From a virus (taxonomy: Duplodnaviria; Caudoviricetes): 37,017 bases of DNA. Below are positions 9,040 through 17,229 of the stretch, piece by piece. The position numbers were made by a program, and so were the translations under genes. Numbering within the stretch: position 1 is the stretch's first letter; every line of letters begins with the position of its first letter. The notes beneath the pieces were generated by a model, which saw only the letters and a program-made list of their open reading frames with translations, ran no database searches and was not told where the DNA came from. The stretch is taken from positions 1-37,017 of IMG/VR virus record IMGVR_UViG_3300033475_000095. One strand, 5' to 3'.

Positions 9040-9282
9040 TTATTTTTCATGTTCCTCTAAAAAAGTTGCAAGTCTTACGACCATTGCATTTGTAACATAG
9101 CCCGGTTTTTTATTCATAAACCTTGACAATGTCGCAGAACTTAAATTGTTTTCAGTAGCAATAAAATCCTGCTTCAGGCCGCTTTTTTTTAATCTGTTGA
9201 TTATCTTATCGGCGTCTGCTAATAGTTTCTTTTTTTCTTTAGCTGCTTTGTCAATAGTAGGCTTTAATAATTTGGTCTTCAT
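9040..9282 (-). CDS. Cro/XRE-like helix-turn-helix regulator
   Basis: LKKSGLKQDFIATENNLSSATLSRFMN HTH pattern; 80 aa and basic. Confidence 0.8.
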   Translation of the reverse strand: MKTKLLKPTIDKAAKEKKKLLADADKIINRLKKSGLKQDFIATENNLSSATLSRFMNKKPGYVTNAMVVRLATFLEEHEK

Positions 9283-9288
9283 ATAAAT

Positions 9289-9504
9289 CTAATCTGTGTG
9301 ATAATGAATTGTTCTAAGATCCCACGGTTCTAGGTCTTTAACCTTTTCCGTATTGATAGTTGAAACCAAAAACGTTTTTACTTTGTTTGACGTATCGGTA
9401 ACAAGAAAATTGTTTATATCTATCTCATTACATAGATATTTCAAACCTTGTTGCTTTACAACATAACCTAATTTTCCAGTTTTGGTTTTAATTACCATTC
9501 CCAT
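9289..9504 (-). CDS. hypothetical protein
   Basis: 71 aa, first gene of the leftward early operon. Confidence 0.65.
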   Translation of the reverse strand: MGMVIKTKTGKLGYVVKQQGLKYLCNEIDINNFLVTDTSNKVKTFLVSTINTEKVKDLEPWDLRTIHYHTD

Positions 9505-9508
9505 AAAC

Positions 9509-9556
9509 CAAACTTATAACAAAAATTTTTGATATCAAAATTTATTCGTATATTTA
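9509..9556. promoter_or_regulatory. divergent promoter pair sharing a 14 bp palindrome
   Basis: Minus: TTTG-N19-TAAGTTTG-N4-ATG. Plus: TTTG-N17-TATATTTA-N4-ATG. Palindrome TTTTGATATCAAAA at 9527-9540. Confidence 0.75.
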
Positions 9557-9560
9557 TTTC

Positions 9561-9941
9561 ATGGAAAATTTAGATAGCTACGGGGAACGACTAGCAAACG
9601 AGATAAAGACAAGATTTAAGCTGACCAACGAAGCAGCCGAACAAATGGCCAAGGATATTGATAAGGCTATTGCTGACGGTATTAAATTAGATCACTGGTT
9701 AAGACTTCCACCAGAAAAAAGGAAAGAACAGAAAAAGGTATTTAAAAAATCAACAAAAGATAGGTATTCCTCAGATAGATTTGGGAATAAAACAATTCCT
9801 GAAGTTGTAGAACTTGCACAGCTAAGGAAGGAACTAAAGGGTATAATAAAAGATGATTTCCCCGGAAGAACATATTCCAATGGTACACAAATAAAAATGA
9901 ATAGATTAAAAGAGTTAGAATTTAAATTTCAAAATTCTTAA
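9561..9941 (+). CDS. hypothetical protein in the position a repressor would occupy
   Basis: 126 aa ATG ORF divergent from the Cro-like operon. Confidence 0.7.
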   Translation: MENLDSYGERLANEIKTRFKLTNEAAEQMAKDIDKAIADGIKLDHWLRLPPEKRKEQKKVFKKSTKDRYSSDRFGNKTIPEVVELAQLRKELKGIIKDDFPGRTYSNGTQIKMNRLKELEFKFQNS

Positions 9942-9949
9942 ATTTATGA

Positions 9950-10231
9950 ATGCAGCAATTGCCGAAATATTCACCATCAACACGCAAGGAATTACTACGG
10001 CTATATGCCAATTTTTATGGCTGGCGTGAATTACCCGGTGACGACAATACATTAACATTTACTCGCGGTAGCTGCATATTAAATGCCATCATTCCAACGC
10101 TCTCAATACTTACAACATTAAACCATAAAAAAAGAGGCCGTAAAACTTTAGAGCGTCACGGCCTCGATTTCGATACTATCAAAGGGATTTTTAAAAACCC
10201 GCGAGTTCACACGGGTAAGGGATATTATTAA
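9950..10231 (+). CDS. hypothetical protein ending in NPRVHTGKGYY
   Basis: 93 aa; its stop overlaps the stop of the convergent gene (TTAA). Confidence 0.7.
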   Translation: MQQLPKYSPSTRKELLRLYANFYGWRELPGDDNTLTFTRGSCILNAIIPTLSILTTLNHKKRGRKTLERHGLDFDTIKGIFKNPRVHTGKGYY

Positions 10232-10494
10232 ACAATATTGCCAACAATCGGCTCAATTGTTATATTTAAATATCCATATTGTTTTTCATTTTCGGTAAAG
10301 TGAGCGTGTCCATTGGCTACCACCTTGATAAGAACTTCACCATTTTTGTTCATGTTCTCTTCTACAAGATCAATGATTTTGGGCGAAGATGAATCAAATT
10401 CATCCTTTGAAGCACCGCTTAATTTTTCGCCATATGCTTTAATGGCTTTTACAACATTTTCAGGTTTTCCGATAAAATTAATTGACCAAGACAT
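10228..10494 (-). CDS. hypothetical protein, last gene of the late operon
   Basis: 88 aa ATG ORF downstream of the spanin. Confidence 0.7.
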   Translation of the reverse strand: MSWSINFIGKPENVVKAIKAYGEKLSGASKDEFDSSSPKIIDLVEENMNKNGEVLIKVVANGHAHFTENEKQYGYLNITIEPIVGNIV

Positions 10495-10513
10495 AGATTT
10501 ATATATTTAAGGT

Positions 10514-11101
10514 TTAAAAAAACTCTTTCTTTGCTATTCTGTATAATACATACAATATAATAAGAACAAGCAGTGCACCAAGTATTGACAAAGTATCTTT
10601 TCCTATTTTTAAAATTAATCTTTCGTACCAATTTAATGCAGCCGGCGGCTTTACCTCTTTAATAGCAACAGGATATTTTATTTTTATAGGTGGTGGCGTA
10701 GTTTCAATATTTATATTGGTCTTCCCTGACTTCCTTTTATAATGAATTTTTGTTTCTCCATTTGTGACGGTTGTATCTATTTCCCCGGACTTGCTTAAAA
10801 TTGTCTCAAATCCGTGTTTTAGCGAGTCTAAAATTTCAGGCTGTACTTTGTCCGCAAACTTACTTGTAAGTGAATCAACGGCCGCTGTGTCGCTTTGGGC
10901 GGTATTATTTTCAATTTCAACAGAAGTTTTTATTACAGGCGAAGTTACCGTTGAATCTTTCCATACGGTATCAATTGTTATAACGCCTGGGTTTTTCTTT
11001 TCTATACGTGCAATCTTGCGTTCTGCTCGCCTTAATTTTGCTTGAGGTCCGCAGGAAGAAACAACAATACACACTAGCAATATTTTAATTAATATTTTCA
11101 T
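10514..11101 (-). CDS. unimolecular spanin-like lipoprotein
   Basis: From ATG 11101: MKILIKILLVCIVVSS-C lipobox; C-terminal TM ILGALLVLIILYVLY followed by RIAKK; lies in the lysis cassette. Confidence 0.75.
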   Translation of the reverse strand: MKILIKILLVCIVVSSCGPQAKLRRAERKIARIEKKNPGVITIDTVWKDSTVTSPVIKTSVEIENNTAQSDTAAVDSLTSKFADKVQPEILDSLKHGFETILSKSGEIDTTVTNGETKIHYKRKSGKTNINIETTPPPIKIKYPVAIKEVKPPAALNWYERLILKIGKDTLSILGALLVLIILYVLYRIAKKEFF

Positions 11102-11399
11102 CTTTCTTGTCTTTTTTGTGTTCAGGCAATATACCATTTTTTATTGCAGCAATATCTGCAACATTGACAATTCCATACAAAATCAATATAAATGTTGCAT
11201 CGAGTCCGCAGCCATATAATTGATATAAATAGTTTTCGCATGTAAACACAAAAACAACTCTCCCTATTGCATAGCACAAAAAGAATATGCTAAACACCAA
11301 AAGGCGCCGGCTTGAGGGTTGGCCATTTGCACCGTTAAAGCTTTTGCCTATCCACAGAACAAACTGCAAAACATATTTTAAAAACACTATCCAGGTCAT
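11085..11399 (-). CDS. holin-like membrane protein
   Basis: 104 aa with 2-3 hydrophobic segments and a charged C-terminus; directly after the endolysin. Confidence 0.65.
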   Translation of the reverse strand: MTWIVFLKYVLQFVLWIGKSFNGANGQPSSRRLLVFSIFFLCYAIGRVVFVFTCENYLYQLYGCGLDATFILILYGIVNVADIAAIKNGILPEHKKDKKDENIN

Positions 11400-11410
11400 A
11401 CAATAAATAT

Positions 11411-11950
11411 TTATAAATTAGGGAGCCAAGCGGCCCTATTATACCAACCTTGTTTAAATTCCTCTTGCGTATAATCTTTTTTTATCAATGAATCATAAAA
11501 ATTCTTTTGAGCTAAACAATACCCATGGCATAAATCAAATTCATTATGCTTTATTAATTCTGTCATTGTCTCAGTGCCAATTGCGCCGTCAACTTTTATT
11601 TTTCCACCTAGTCCCGCAATGGACCTTTGTAATAGGATGTTAGATTCAACAGTTCCTGTATTTATGCATGTATCAAACATTTTAATGGCCAATCTTTCGT
11701 AAGGGATACGGTCATATAAATTACGCCAAAAATTATCAAAATATATTTGAGTAGCATTTTCTTTGGTAAGCTTCTGAATATCTACGTAATCAATATCACC
11801 GTCGCCGTCAATATCTTTCTTTAGCGTCTTTAAAAGACGCAGGGATACGCCCCAATTTGTTGCACCGCCTTTGTCACTTACATGGTTATTAAATCCGCCT
11901 TCGTGTTCGAAGACATAAGGCATTGCTTTTAAAAATCTTTCGCTTGCCAT
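11411..11950 (-). CDS. endolysin, glycoside hydrolase family 108 with C-terminal peptidoglycan-binding domain
   Basis: HEGGF, DKGGATNWGVS, FDTCINTG, VDGAIG and FKQGWYNR. Confidence 0.92.
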   Translation of the reverse strand: MASERFLKAMPYVFEHEGGFNNHVSDKGGATNWGVSLRLLKTLKKDIDGDGDIDYVDIQKLTKENATQIYFDNFWRNLYDRIPYERLAIKMFDTCINTGTVESNILLQRSIAGLGGKIKVDGAIGTETMTELIKHNEFDLCHGYCLAQKNFYDSLIKKDYTQEEFKQGWYNRAAWLPNL

Positions 11951-11957
11951 ATTCCTT

Positions 11958-12239
11958 TTATTTTTTTACAGGAAATAATTTCAACCAAATTATTTTACAT
12001 AGCTTATTGACAATGAATGAAACAATACCAGCGCCACCGGCAACAATAAGCGCCGGAATAAATTCATGCAGTTGTGGCAACCACCATATATTGTGATGTG
12101 GAATGTGAATAGCTTCTGTCTGTATAGCTTCTGATACTGAAGATATCACGCCAGCGGCTTTTGATATTACAAAAATAGTTCCCCAGATTATCCAATAAAA
12201 AATATTATGACCTGGATTGTGCGCGTCAAAGTGTGCCAT
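11958..12239 (-). CDS. holin/antiholin-like 2-TM protein
   Basis: Two hydrophobic segments and a basic C-terminus; directly before the endolysin. Confidence 0.6.
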   Translation of the reverse strand: MAHFDAHNPGHNIFYWIIWGTIFVISKAAGVISSVSEAIQTEAIHIPHHNIWWLPQLHEFIPALIVAGGAGIVSFIVNKLCKIIWLKLFPVKK

Positions 12240-12260
12240 TGATTAATGTTTATTCCTTTT

Positions 12261-12291
12261 TAAAGGTAAAAAAAAACGCCTAGAATTCAAA
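12261..12291 (-). promoter_or_regulatory. candidate lysis promoter overlapping the terminator
   Basis: TTTG-N19-TACCTTTA (one mismatch to consensus); the TTTG lies in the terminator loop. Confidence 0.5.
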
Positions 12292-12307
12292 CAATTCTAG
12301 GCGTTTT
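12268..12307 (-). terminator. intrinsic terminator after the tail operon
   Basis: 15 bp inverted repeat AAAACGCCTAGAATT/AATTCTAGGCGTTTT with a T9 run on the minus strand. Confidence 0.85.
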
Positions 12308-12324
12308 CGGTTATATGGAATTTT

Positions 12325-12834
12325 TTATTTAGGCTGTTCGGGCCATTTTATGTTGTCAGGGAACCCAGATTGTTTTGTTAGGTCCCTAAGGTCTTGACGG
12401 TATTTTAACCATGCGTCTTTTTGCTCTTGCGTAAGCGTAGCTTGAACATCTGGAAATTGAGAAAAATCACTTTGATATAGTTTTAAATTTCTTTTAGAAA
12501 CTATTACTTCGGCTGTTACTTCCGGCTCTTTTTCCTTAACTGGCTCCAGTGCTGTTTCATATATCCAGCTGTTTTTAGAAGGACTAAATTTTATAACATA
12601 CCCTTCTTTTGGTTGCAATGGCGCCTTGTCTGTTGCCTTGGCAGGAATATGAAATACGCCCTTTTCAAATGCACATTCAAATGCATCTGTCATGCCAATA
12701 AACTCACCATTTTCATTATAAGCGTAAACGCTTTTCTTTCCAGGATGATGTGCAATAAATTCCGGATTAGGCTCAAGCTTAGGTTCTTCTATATTTGGCT
12801 TAATGTCCGCCTTTGGTGTTATCTTTTTTGCCAT
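12325..12834 (-). CDS. tail fiber assembly chaperone
   Basis: VYAYNENGEFIG, HIPAKATDKAP and RNLKLYQSD...WLKYRQDLRDL...WPEQP; follows the fiber gene. Confidence 0.85.
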   Translation of the reverse strand: MAKKITPKADIKPNIEEPKLEPNPEFIAHHPGKKSVYAYNENGEFIGMTDAFECAFEKGVFHIPAKATDKAPLQPKEGYVIKFSPSKNSWIYETALEPVKEKEPEVTAEVIVSKRNLKLYQSDFSQFPDVQATLTQEQKDAWLKYRQDLRDLTKQSGFPDNIKWPEQPK

Positions 12835-12838
12835 AATT

Positions 12839-13837
12839 TTAATATTTAATACATGCTAGTAAGGCAATGTTTTTTGGTCTTGTTTCTGTTCCGCCGGTTG
12901 AATCTGTTGTTCTCGTTCCATATGGTGGAGTTCCTGTATTTCCTGAGTCGCCACCGGTCCCACCACCGCCGGTGTAGTCTCTTGTAAATGTGTGCGTGTG
13001 TGCCTTGATATCATCTAACTGAGTTGAACCAAAAATCCTTCCTGAATCAATACCTGCGCCATTGTCCCATGCTCTTAAAAATAACCCTCTTGCGTCTGGA
13101 ACATTAAATGTTGTTATTCCATCACCAGAACCAAAAGAGACGCCTAACGTCGCAAATAGCCTTGCGTATGTGGTTCGGCTTACAGCTGCTCCATTGGCCG
13201 CAATCCATCCAGCCGGCGGCGTACTAACTGCGAAATAATCCAACTTGCCAGGATTTGTTGTATCATCTCTTTTATTCATGGTCACAAGTTGCCATTGTGT
13301 TGAGTTTTTTCTAACAAACCTAACAAAGTCACCAACTGCGAAGTCGTTTACATTTCCAAGTATTGAACCGTCAGTACTTGAGAAAGTAATTTTAGCCATT
13401 GTGTAAGATGAATTTGTACTATATATCAACACATCCACAAAAGTATTATCAACAAATCCAGAAAGCGAAGGAAGTCTTACAGTAGTAGAAAGTGCCGGCG
13501 GATCTATAATAACAAGCTTTCCGTAATCACTTGCACCAATAGCAACCGGCGACCCTGAATTATAAGTTACAATACCGCGTTTATAATTCATTCCGTATGT
13601 ACTAAAACCTGCGGCTTCCAATGCAGATACGCGCGTTTCTTTGTCTGACATTCCAGAAGTTAACGTTGCAATGTTAGCTTCTGCTGTATCCATGTGGGCC
13701 TTTAGATATTCTGTTCTATTGCCTAGGTTTTTTATACCAGCATTAGCTATACCAGTTTCGCCACCAATAACAGCGTCTGTTGTCTCTATTCTATATACGC
13801 CAGCGTCCCAGGCTGCGGTAAGTGTAAGATTTGCCAT
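12839..13837 (-). CDS. tail fiber protein with tail collar domain
   Basis: N-terminal VYRIETTDAVIGG...LGNRTEYLK; collar PAGWIAANGAAVSRTTYARLF...FNVPDARGLFLR; C-terminal ETRPKNIALLACIKY. Confidence 0.92.
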   Translation of the reverse strand: MANLTLTAAWDAGVYRIETTDAVIGGETGIANAGIKNLGNRTEYLKAHMDTAEANIATLTSGMSDKETRVSALEAAGFSTYGMNYKRGIVTYNSGSPVAIGASDYGKLVIIDPPALSTTVRLPSLSGFVDNTFVDVLIYSTNSSYTMAKITFSSTDGSILGNVNDFAVGDFVRFVRKNSTQWQLVTMNKRDDTTNPGKLDYFAVSTPPAGWIAANGAAVSRTTYARLFATLGVSFGSGDGITTFNVPDARGLFLRAWDNGAGIDSGRIFGSTQLDDIKAHTHTFTRDYTGGGGTGGDSGNTGTPPYGTRTTDSTGGTETRPKNIALLACIKY

Positions 13838-13838
13838 A

Positions 13839-14294
13839 TTAGAAAATTATTTTCCAGGTTCCTGTAATTGTAAAATCACTTGTTTTATTTATTGCAGCAC
13901 GAACCTTGCGCGCGAACAAATCGCCATTGTGTGACATTAGACCAAACTCAGTAATTGCAATTCCATTTGCATCACTAAGACCCAAAGACCAGTTAAATGC
14001 GACACTATTATTGTCAGGGTATTCTATAGAGTCAAAAGCAAAATTAATAGGGCTGGTAAGTCCAAGGTCAGCAACGTTTGCATCATTAGTTCCAACACCG
14101 AAAGCTATTGAATCTATATAATAATTATTAGCTGCAACACTTATAAGTTGAGCCATATTATACCGGGCCTTGTCAACAATCAAGTTCCTGTCTTCATATT
14201 CCTCAATGACATTTCCTTTTTTGTCTTTAACTATCAAAGAAAAAATTCCTTTTATTTCTTTGTTGGCTCTAAAATTCTCAAGTGTTTTATTCAT
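13839..14294 (-). CDS. baseplate/tail fiber attachment protein
   Basis: NLIVD, IAFGVG, ANGIAITEFGL, LFARKV and WKIIF pattern; lies between the gpI-like gene and the fiber. Confidence 0.75.
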   Translation of the reverse strand: MNKTLENFRANKEIKGIFSLIVKDKKGNVIEEYEDRNLIVDKARYNMAQLISVAANNYYIDSIAFGVGTNDANVADLGLTSPINFAFDSIEYPDNNSVAFNWSLGLSDANGIAITEFGLMSHNGDLFARKVRAAINKTSDFTITGTWKIIF

Positions 14295-14298
14295 AAAA

Positions 14299-15177
14299 TT
14301 ATGGTCCTACGTAAGACTCAACAGTTGATTCGTCTATTAAAATTGATCCATCTTCGCCAATTAGCTGAAAATTATCCTCACCAATTAGTGTTGTTCCACC
14401 TAAAGGTATGATTTTTATTATAAAATCGGAATCATCTGGCAAATTAAATACATCTTCCCACACCGGAAACCCGATATTTAATTCAAAAATTGAAGTGTCA
14501 GCCGCATAATAAATATTTCCATTGTGGTTATATGTTCCGTCGTAATAATGGGTAACGTTAAATTGATCTTCGTCATTAGTAAGATTTACACTACCAACAA
14601 AATCACTGTCGTCTATGGTATCGAAATAGTCAATTGTAGTTGCTTTTAGGACTATATCGAGAAGGTTTGAACGCTCATTTTTATACGCATTTATCATGCC
14701 TATAATAAGCGCTAGGGTTGCTGTAGAAAATCCCTTACTTTCGCCAAGATCAAGCAGCGACACCCTGAAGTTTGCCCAATTACCTTCGCCATATGTGTAT
14801 GTTCCATCATACAAAATTGTTCCGTCATACATATGTCCAGAAAAACCCTCTTGTATCTGGGCGTCATAATATCCGACAGATTTTAACGCTTCTTTTATAG
14901 CCCAAGGGGTCCCGCGAAACCTTTTTAATTCGATAGACCTTCTTATCAATGATCTTCTTTCGTCGTCATTATCGCAAAGTATCCAACCATTAAACCCCAT
15001 TACATCAAATTGGTCGGCAAGGTATGGCAATGCAGCAACCGGCGCAATATCGATTAAATACATCAATATAGGCGTCAGGTCTATAGAATCGATACGCGCC
15101 TTTATCATGGTATCAAATACCGTCAAATGGTCTTTTGCGTTTATCGAACTCGCTAATATATTATTATTATCCTGCAT
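14299..15177 (-). CDS. P2 gpI-like tail/baseplate protein
   Basis: ALPYLADQFDV and RRSLIRRSIELKRFRGTPWAIKEAL; follows baseplate J. Confidence 0.85.
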   Translation of the reverse strand: MQDNNNILASSINAKDHLTVFDTMIKARIDSIDLTPILMYLIDIAPVAALPYLADQFDVMGFNGWILCDNDDERRSLIRRSIELKRFRGTPWAIKEALKSVGYYDAQIQEGFSGHMYDGTILYDGTYTYGEGNWANFRVSLLDLGESKGFSTATLALIIGMINAYKNERSNLLDIVLKATTIDYFDTIDDSDFVGSVNLTNDEDQFNVTHYYDGTYNHNGNIYYAADTSIFELNIGFPVWEDVFNLPDDSDFIIKIIPLGGTTLIGEDNFQLIGEDGSILIDESTVESYVGP

Positions 15178-16291
15178 TGCTTCCAGTTATTGAAATAGTA
15201 AGGCTATCACAATACGCATATTGTGTGTCATCAACAATTTTGTCTGTAAATGCACTAGATAATTCGTCAAGCAATGTTACATCATAAACCTGTGTATCAT
15301 CATACATACACAAAGATTTAATCTTTGTAACAGTAACATCTTTTCCAATCTTTACAGATGCTGACTGCAAAAAACTTGTAAGTATAGGCGTTAATTTATC
15401 AATTATATCCTGGTCAACAGCGCCGGTTATCTTGGTAATGTTAACGACTAACTGAAACCCAACTTTTGTTGGTGAAATAACATTAACTGTGTCTGTTAAC
15501 GGCCTCACTTTTTCATCTGTCAATATAGCAGATACTAAGTTTAATATTTCTGTTGGTGTTCCGGAAGATGCATTCCCAACCAAAGGATAAACATTTACAG
15601 TCCCTGGCGTTGGCATTGTCACTGAAACATCTATAATTAAAGGGCTTGCTGTTTTTGCAAAATATATATAAGCGTCTTTAGGGCCTGCGGTACTAAATGC
15701 TGAAGGTGCTAATTTTATCCTCGCTCTCAACTGGTCGTCTGTTTCCTGATCGCTTCCGGCAACAGTGATATCTGTATTAGATGCTGCGGTAACAAAAGGT
15801 TGAGGATCTAAAATATTAGATATGTCGCCAATAGGGTAATCATTGCCGATAATACCGGCTGTTTGACATATTGCCGTAACGGTTGCGGTTGTTACACTAT
15901 CAAGTACAATTACATCTTGTATTGTCTCAAAAACAACTTTTCCGTCTTGAGATTGTATTCGCATTCCGGCGGGTATAATTGTCTGTGTGTGCCCAGCTGT
16001 TAATGTAAATTGAATAGTACATTGTGCGGCCTGTGGTGATAATCTTGTAACTCCTACAAGTTCTCCTAAAAAATCAAGCATAGGCGCAGAAGCAAACGAC
16101 ACCAGCATTTGTTGTGCTGCACTTTGTATTGACGCAATATGTGTGCTTAATCTTGCTGCAAACATGTTTATTATAAGCATCTCAGGAGAGCCGGCCGGTA
16201 ATATTTTCCCGGTAAGGCTTTCGTAATCCGCTTTCATGTCTGCGGCTATTTGCGTCGGATCATTAGCAATTAAAATTGGTGCGTCTGCCAT
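15167..16291 (-). CDS. baseplate J/gp47 family protein
   Basis: LDFLGELVGVTR, GSDQETDDQLRARI, FSTAGPKDAYIYFA and VRPLTDTV. Confidence 0.93.
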   Translation of the reverse strand: MADAPILIANDPTQIAADMKADYESLTGKILPAGSPEMLIINMFAARLSTHIASIQSAAQQMLVSFASAPMLDFLGELVGVTRLSPQAAQCTIQFTLTAGHTQTIIPAGMRIQSQDGKVVFETIQDVIVLDSVTTATVTAICQTAGIIGNDYPIGDISNILDPQPFVTAASNTDITVAGSDQETDDQLRARIKLAPSAFSTAGPKDAYIYFAKTASPLIIDVSVTMPTPGTVNVYPLVGNASSGTPTEILNLVSAILTDEKVRPLTDTVNVISPTKVGFQLVVNITKITGAVDQDIIDKLTPILTSFLQSASVKIGKDVTVTKIKSLCMYDDTQVYDVTLLDELSSAFTDKIVDDTQYAYCDSLTISITGSNAG

Positions 16292-16296
16292 AAAAA

Positions 16297-16662
16297 TTAT
16301 ATTAATGTAATTGGAATAGCTGTAACACTATTTCCAAAAGATGAAGTCCAGTAAATAGAAAATGTAACTTGTGCCTCATTTAATTCAAATGTTATCTTTT
16401 GAACTTCTGCACGTGGCTCAAATGTAGCAATGGCCTTGCCTATTTCCCTAATTATATTTGGAACTGCAACACTAGCCGGTTTGTCGATATGTTCCCACAG
16501 TCCACAACCAAAATCAGGGCGAAGTGGATCGCTACCCTTAATTGTTGTAATTATAATATAAATACATTGATTTATATCTTGAATGTCTGTAACAATCTCT
16601 CCTTGTGTCTCTATACTTAGGGACCAATTTTGACTTTTTATATTTGAAACCAGCTCAGACAT
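16297..16662 (-). CDS. baseplate wedge protein, GPW/gp25 family
   Basis: DINQCIYIIITTIKGSDPLRPDFGC and AIATFEPR. Confidence 0.92.
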   Translation of the reverse strand: MSELVSNIKSQNWSLSIETQGEIVTDIQDINQCIYIIITTIKGSDPLRPDFGCGLWEHIDKPASVAVPNIIREIGKAIATFEPRAEVQKITFELNEAQVTFSIYWTSSFGNSVTAIPITLI

Positions 16663-17192
16663 TATGAAAATAAAGTTGATAACCTTGTAATTATTGCAGC
16701 AAAGTTTGCCGCATTAGTTGGCGGACCAGCTGAAGCGCCCGACACTGGCATTGTCATTGTCTCGCATTCCTGAGCAAGATCGTTTATTATTTTTTTTAAA
16801 CTTTCCGTACCTTTTGAAATTTCAAAACCGCCTGTTCTATTCATTTTAAAAGTAAGAGTATCATTAGTAATAGAATATTCGTGAGTTGCGCCACGGTCGT
16901 ATTTTATTATTGTTCCGTCTGCAAACTTTCTTATAAATGTGTCAGCGCCTGCGTCTGTTGGTGGAATATCCTGCGTGCTATATATGGCGCCAAGTATTAC
17001 CCCGTTTTCGTCTCTGCTATCCATAAGACATGCAACGTGTTCCCCCTCTTCCATTGGGTCAACTTGCTTGTCTGTATTGGTCCTTGGGACTATAATTGGC
17101 AACCACCCGGAAACAATGTCAACATCATCAAAATGAACCCTTGCAAGTCCCTTTGATGCATTTATTTGTGATATGTTCCCGTATCTTAACAT
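16662..17192 (-). CDS. baseplate central spike (gpV-like)
   Basis: ARVHF..SGWLP..GEHVACL..GVILGAIY..FADGTIIKYD OB-fold spike pattern. Confidence 0.88.
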   Translation of the reverse strand: MLRYGNISQINASKGLARVHFDDVDIVSGWLPIIVPRTNTDKQVDPMEEGEHVACLMDSRDENGVILGAIYSTQDIPPTDAGADTFIRKFADGTIIKYDRGATHEYSITNDTLTFKMNRTGGFEISKGTESLKKIINDLAQECETMTMPVSGASAGPPTNAANFAAIITRLSTLFS

Positions 17193-17229
17193 AATAGATA
17201 TATACCTAATATAATATCACAATATACAA

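Noticed and set aside
11102-11137. Upstream start for the spanin
   Set aside because: ATG 11101 gives a properly sized lipoprotein signal peptide and less overlap with the holin-like gene.
12839-13837. Diversity-generating retroelement or invertible fiber cassette
   Set aside because: No reverse transcriptase, invertase or near-identical template repeat was seen in the window.
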